Assembly: GCA_963667465.2 (NCBI GenBank)
Contig: CAXXDN010000002.1
Span: 448,001 to 512,000 of the forward strand
Origin: Dehalococcoidia bacterium
GTDB taxonomy: Bacteria; Chloroflexota; Dehalococcoidia; UBA2979
Direction: 5' to 3'
DNA length: 64,000 bases
Position 1 is the stretch's first letter. Every line of letters begins with the position of its first letter. Made by a program: the position numbers and the translations under genes. The notes below the pieces were generated by a model. The model had not been told where the DNA came from, did not search any database, and saw only the letters and a list, made by a program, of their open reading frames with translations. This document shows, piece by piece, positions 60,201-64,000 of the stretch.

Positions 60201-60603
60201 GCGCGGCCTGCCCGAGGGTCTCAGCGATTGCGTCCGGGAACGGGCCGTCGCCCCCGCGCACAGTGGCGAGCGAGAGCACGCTCGTCGCGCCGCTGCGCCT
60301 TTGCCCGGCGACCGCGTCGCCGAGCGCAGCGGCGACCGCCTGATCGAGGGCGGCCTGCGCGCCGAGGTAGGCGACGCGGTCGAGGGCGATGCCATCGCGG
60401 CTGACGCGCAGCTCGAGCGCGCCGGGCGGAGCCGTCGCCAGGGAATCGCGCAGCGCAACGTCGCGCAAGCGCTCGTGGGTGATCGGGACCGCCGCGATCG
60501 CACTGCTCAGCAGCAGTGCGCCGAGCAACAGCGCGAGCGTGATCCGCCACTGCTCGCGGAGACTGCCCAGCGCCAGGGCGATCAGCGGTCCAATCGGCTG
60601 CAC
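57274..60603 (-). CDS. FtsX/MacB-like large ABC permease
   Basis: Two TM clusters with large extracytoplasmic loops, 'GIDP.TF', 'FPT', 'R..E…ALG'; co-operonic with two ATPases. Confidence 0.8.
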   Translation of the reverse strand: MQPIGPLIALALGSLREQWRITLALLLGALLLSSAIAAVPITHERLRDVALRDSLATAPPGALELRVSRDGIALDRVAYLGAQAALDQAVAAALGDAVAGQRRSGATSVLSLATVRGGDGPFPDAIAETLGQAALRFRSDLEAHVTLLEGRFPEALPRGVGDPVPVLVAPGSAREAGLTPGQELVLIPRSSIAARFPIVIAGIAEPRDPASAYWSGRPGLLDRTTSGAFALFVPETTFFGALPDLLSGASAAFESTYAVDPAGIQAGDVTEIAARVRELPRQLAALGGAELESSLPQAIENAADLPGFDLPGLALRFGQIAAALGVLVFGAASLLAQRRGRVRDGLRLTGSSRNQIAALEVLAALPAALLALVAGAPVAALAIATLGRLEGFESLGDAFTISIQRDLPWAGAGALAVLVLALTASALADRTAAGRGVWLTTAAVGGGALFWALTRQETLFEGGETRYALLVAPAALLAPAALLAWRLVPLIARLLARPASLTRGIALIGGLRGVARGSVGVAFPLVVLAAAVALLLAALPGTLERSSVDRAAHSAGGDVRASGLTGLADAGEAERRAAIAGAGMAAGSPLVRTSGALGREGASMPVAVLGIDPATFGAVANVRPDLTTDPLPAILSALSANAAALEGRPVPPNTRQLGAWVRLTDTSGEVRIVLSLRNEGGRYLQLLLGVALAEPGSGRWAFHAADLTTPLGPDGVAIPAQHTAGPLTLHGYYLLLGEEASATPGSALLGPVLATPDAPAAPRDRINRLAGAGEAFGERSTVHDMRSLEDLEAISGSAAGDAQVIARNTLASPPGIRGAQHLDWDASAEPGASALRGLRQKTDGAPVLVYASRATVKELAIEPGEELTLAVGGEVLHAQLASALDGFPTFPAGSAFVVAGLDRLLAAVNASPRSDPLATNEAWFASAPPARATTVLRGAPLEAGTVIDRESLRAALGREQAAALGWRTVLTFAFGALVVAALAGMLLDIALRRAERESERAAIDALGGRPAGWLGGVTTETLFRLGGAAAVGVATGVVLADWLLAILARDASGTMIEPPLRMQLEGAPLWIAAVALAAGVVVTVAAAALRYRGRAVRPSPARIVPVGEA

Positions 60604-60659
60604 GGATCGATCCTATGCGATGGCACGCGCCGGGAGGCGGCGCGGGCGCCTCGGAGCTG

Positions 60660-61088
60660 CTACGGGAAGTCGTGGCGGAGGGTGCGGCTGGCGAATCGCC
60701 AGCCCTCGGCGGTGCGCCGCCACTCGTCGTAGTAGACGCCGCTGCTCGGCGGATCGCCCTCCGGCCCCACTCGCGAGGTAAGCAGCATCGTGCGCGTCCG
60801 TGCGCGATCGCCGTCCAGTTCCTCGAAGAGCGTGCCGCTCTGGTGGTGGCGGACCTGCACGCCCGGCTTGCGCGCGTCCATGCGCTCGCGCGCCCAGGCG
60901 CGGATCGCCTCGTGGCCGTGCGCGTCCACGCTTGGCCCGCCCGGCAACTCCGGATCCACGACGAAGCCGGCGTCCTCGACGAACAGCGCGACGTACGCCT
61001 CGAGGTCGCGGTCGTCCCAGGCGTAGGAGTAGCGTGCGATCTGCTCGATGATCGCGAGCCGGTCGGTGGTCTGCGTCTCAGCCTGCAT
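60660..61088 (-). CDS. SnoaL/NTF2-like protein
   Basis: 'DRLAI…RYSYAWD..D', 'RHH', 'GVYYD.WRRT..GWRF..R'; AAGGA SD. Confidence 0.88.
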   Translation of the reverse strand: MQAETQTTDRLAIIEQIARYSYAWDDRDLEAYVALFVEDAGFVVDPELPGGPSVDAHGHEAIRAWARERMDARKPGVQVRHHQSGTLFEELDGDRARTRTMLLTSRVGPEGDPPSSGVYYDEWRRTAEGWRFASRTLRHDFP

Positions 61089-61116
61089 CACATGGTCCTT
61101 TCCGTGTACGTGTGGA

Positions 61117-61503
61117 TCAGCGGTGGCCGAGGCGGCGCCGCTGGAAGCGCCAGCCGTCGGGCGTCCGTACGAGCTTGTCGTGGTAGACACCGAAGTGCGT
61201 CGCCACCGGCCCATCCCGGAGGTCGATTACGAGCAGGTAGAGCGTCATGCTCGCGGCGTCGCCCGAGCCCTCGATGACGATGTTGTTGTTCCAGTGGACG
61301 GCGGGGATGTCGCGCGCGATCAGCCGCTCCATGAACGCGATGAGCTCCGCCCGCCCGTTGGCCTGGAGCCTGGCGCCGCCGTCGAAGACCCCGTCGGGAG
61401 TGAAGCACCCCGCCCAGCCCGCGGCGTCGCGGCTGTCCATCAGGTGGTTGTAGCGCGCAGCGAGATCGAGGATCTCGAACCGGTCCGCTACCGATAGCGC
61501 CAT
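61117..61503 (-). CDS. SnoaL/NTF2-like protein
   Basis: 'DRFEI..L.ARY….D', 'FTPDG', 'GVYHD.LVRTPDGWRF..R'. Confidence 0.88.
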   Translation of the reverse strand: MALSVADRFEILDLAARYNHLMDSRDAAGWAGCFTPDGVFDGGARLQANGRAELIAFMERLIARDIPAVHWNNNIVIEGSGDAASMTLYLLVIDLRDGPVATHFGVYHDKLVRTPDGWRFQRRRLGHR

Positions 61504-61610
61504 GTTGCACCCCGTTCCACTCGGATGGTAGCGCTCCTGCGGACATGAGCGAGCGCGGCGCGTTGACCGGCCTTGATGGCTGCGCCAACCTCGGCGCGAG
61601 GGGAGCGGCG

Positions 61611-62579
61611 ATGACACAGCTCGGCATGGTGCTGCATCACGGCATCGAGGACGGGGCGCAGCTGCGCGGCTTCGGGCAGCTCACGGAGCGCCTCGGCTAC
61701 GACTCGCTGTGGGTGACGGAGCGCTACTTCCACGAGGAGACCGCCGCGCTGCTCGGCTTCCTCGCCGCGGGGACGGAGCGCGTCGACCTCGGCGTCGGCG
61801 TGGTGAACCCCTACACGCGCCCGCCAGCGCTGCTGGCGATGGCCGCGGCCACGCTCGACCGCCTCTCCGGCGGCCGTCTCGTCCTCGGCCTCGGCCGCAG
61901 CGAGCGCGAGGTGATCGAGGGCGCCCTGGGCATCCCCTACGGCCGCCCGCGCGAGCGCCTGCGCGGGGCCGTCGAATCGGTGCGCGCGCTGCTCGCCGGC
62001 GAGGCTGTCGAGGGCGTGCGGCTGGCGCTCACGCCGAGCCGCGAGCGCGTCCCGATCTACGTCGCCGCGATCGGGTCGCGCGCGCTGCGCCTCGCGGGGG
62101 CCGTCGCCGACGGGGTGGTGCTCAACGCCTACGCTCCCGCGGCCTACGTGCGCCGCGCCGTCGCCGAGGTGCGCGACGCGGCCCGCGAGGCCGGCCGCGA
62201 CCCCGGCGCCGTGCGCATCGCCTGCATGCTCGTCGTGCGCCTCACTGACCGGCCGGACGAGCTGCTGCCGCAACTCCGCGAGCGGCTCGCCGGCCTGCTC
62301 GCCGAGCCGCACACCGGCGAGCTGCTGCTCGAGTGGGGCGGCTTCGACTCCTCGTTGCCTGCACGGCTGCGCGAGACGATCGCCTCGGAGGGCCCGTCCG
62401 AGGCCGCGCGCCTCGTCGGCGACGAGCTCGCCGCCGCCCTTGTCCTGCTCGGCCCGGCGGAGCGCTGCCGCGAGCGGATCGAGGAGTACCGCGCGGCCGG
62501 GGTGCAAGAGGCGCTGTTGCTGCCCCGCCTGCCAGACTTCGAGCGGGTCGCACGGGCGCTCGCGCCCCAGGGTAGCTAG
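61611..62579 (+). CDS. LLM-class flavin/F420-dependent oxidoreductase
   Basis: 'ERLGYDSLWVTE', 'NPYTRPP', 'SGGRLVLGLG', 'PIYVAA.G…LAG.VADG'. Confidence 0.9.
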   Translation: MTQLGMVLHHGIEDGAQLRGFGQLTERLGYDSLWVTERYFHEETAALLGFLAAGTERVDLGVGVVNPYTRPPALLAMAAATLDRLSGGRLVLGLGRSEREVIEGALGIPYGRPRERLRGAVESVRALLAGEAVEGVRLALTPSRERVPIYVAAIGSRALRLAGAVADGVVLNAYAPAAYVRRAVAEVRDAAREAGRDPGAVRIACMLVVRLTDRPDELLPQLRERLAGLLAEPHTGELLLEWGGFDSSLPARLRETIASEGPSEAARLVGDELAAALVLLGPAERCRERIEEYRAAGVQEALLLPRLPDFERVARALAPQGS

Positions 62580-62599
62580 TCGCTTGCGCCCGCGGCCGG

Positions 62600-63823
62600 T
62601 TAGTCGCGGAGCTGGATGCGGCGGAAGACGACGAGCAGGGCGGCGTCGTAGCCGGCCTTGAGCGCGCCACCGACGAGCAGCGGCAACCCCCACGGTCCAA
62701 CCGCGAGCAGCGCGCCCCCGAGCGCCGGGCTCGCCGCCGCCGAGAGCGTGCGGACCACGTTCGTGACGCTCGCCGCGGGGGCGCGTTCCTCGGGGGTCAC
62801 GACCGAGACGATCAGTGTCGTGCGCGGCGCGATGTCGATCGGCGAGAGCGCCTGGCGCACGAACAGCGCGACGAGGACCAACGGCAGCGTGGGCATCAGC
62901 GGGGCGACCATCAGCGCGATATTCGCCGGCAGATGGGCGTAGGCCATCGTCTCGATGATCCCGATGCGCGCCGTGATCGGCGGCGCCAGGAGCAGCGAGA
63001 ACGTGCTGAGCAGCCGCGCGGCGAAGAAGATCACCGCCGCCTCCTCGAGCGAGATGCCGAAGCGATCGAACAGCCAGACGGCCATCACTGCCTGCACGGC
63101 GAGCCCGCCCCCGAAGGCGTCGACGGCGAACAGACCCGAGAGGCGGAACACCGTGCCTCGCGACTCTCGCAGCTGGCCGCGAGACGCCGTGCCGGTGGTC
63201 TCCAGCTCAACGGCCCGGCTGAGCGGGCGGTAGGTCGCGAGCATTGCGATGCCGGTCAGGCCGTAGAGCGCGAAGGCCCAGCGCAGAGTCGTGGCGAGAT
63301 CGACGCCGGTGGCGTCGGCGACGGGTCCCGCCGCGCCGCTGGCCAGCGAGCCGAAGGCGAAGGCAATCGAGCCGAACAGCGTGTAGCGGGCGTACACCCA
63401 GGTCCGCCGCGATCGCTCGGTAGTCGTCGCCAGCGCCGCCTGCTCCACCGGCTGGAACAGCGAGAAGTCGCCCGCGCTCGGGCTCATCGTGCCGAAGAAG
63501 GCAACGACCAGTAGCAGCCAGTACGGCTCGGAGAGGGCGAACGCGACCCCGCTCGCGCTCACGAGCAGCGACCCCGCCATCAGCGTGCGCCGCCGCCCGA
63601 AACGGTCGACGACGAAGCCCGCGATCAGCGTCGCCACGGACTTGCCGAAGAGCGCGACGGTGACGAGCGCGCCGATCTCGAAGGCATTGAAGCCGCGCTC
63701 GCTCAGGTAGGCGGCGAGGGCGACGCTGGCGAAGCCGTCGCCGAGGGAGCGGATCGCCCTCGTCGCGACCATCCGGCGCGCATCGGCGTCGACGCCCGGG
63801 AGCAGTGCATTCGTCACGCGCAT
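62600..63823 (-). CDS. MFS transporter
   Basis: 'DRFGRRR' motif A, about 12 TM segments, 'E.AAL', 'LKAGYD'. Start is approximate. Confidence 0.9.
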   Translation of the reverse strand: MRVTNALLPGVDADARRMVATRAIRSLGDGFASVALAAYLSERGFNAFEIGALVTVALFGKSVATLIAGFVVDRFGRRRTLMAGSLLVSASGVAFALSEPYWLLLVVAFFGTMSPSAGDFSLFQPVEQAALATTTERSRRTWVYARYTLFGSIAFAFGSLASGAAGPVADATGVDLATTLRWAFALYGLTGIAMLATYRPLSRAVELETTGTASRGQLRESRGTVFRLSGLFAVDAFGGGLAVQAVMAVWLFDRFGISLEEAAVIFFAARLLSTFSLLLAPPITARIGIIETMAYAHLPANIALMVAPLMPTLPLVLVALFVRQALSPIDIAPRTTLIVSVVTPEERAPAASVTNVVRTLSAAASPALGGALLAVGPWGLPLLVGGALKAGYDAALLVVFRRIQLRD

Positions 63824-63883
63824 CGCCGCCAAGGGAAGCACGCCGCGCGCCTGACCGCGACGGTGGCGGGCTGTTGCCGGGCC

Positions 63884-64000
63884 TCAGTGCACAGGCGGCG
63901 GGATATCGAGGTGGAGGGCGCGGCGGGCGAAACGCCAGCCGTCGGGCTCCCGCACCCAGTCGTCCGTGTAGACGCCCTGCGTCCAGGGCCTCGGGATCTG
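63884..64000 (-). CDS. SnoaL/NTF2-like protein, 3' end only
   Basis: '…GVYTDDWVREPDGWRFARRALHLD…*'; the gene continues beyond the window. Confidence 0.75.
   Translation of the reverse strand, partial: QIPRPWTQGVYTDDWVREPDGWRFARRALHLDIPPPVH

Overview
High-GC bacterial chromosome segment. Gene content (F420/LLM monooxygenase, several SnoaL proteins, UGSC selenoprotein, ACT-GlnE, tRNA-linked large serine recombinases, LRR/Calx-beta/InlB-B surface proteins) suggests Chloroflexota/Dehalococcoidia, possibly an animal or sponge symbiont; this is inference only. A housekeeping core (gltX, RluA-type synthase, lspA, malic enzyme, GlnE-like protein, nnrE, tRNA-Gln-CTG, tRNA-Glu-TTC, tRNA-Glu-CTC) is flanked by two eroded islands. 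Each island is anchored at a tRNA 3' end by a 5'-truncated large serine recombinase (about 5.3-10.4 kb and 21.75-42.4 kb). The second island carries a RES-Xre TA pair, a Calx-beta adhesin whose SD-ATG start is put out of frame by a C13 tract, a DUF104/VapC pair between repeated gene-start fragments, a scrambled type III Mod remnant, an NHLP-type peptide export operon with two small double-glycine precursors and no modifying enzyme, and LRR/InlB-B proteins. The right third holds metabolic and membrane genes, including an in-frame UGA (U-G-S-C) selenoprotein with a SECIS-like hairpin and an apparently circularly permuted CcdA. All calls were made by eye from motifs; no database search was run.
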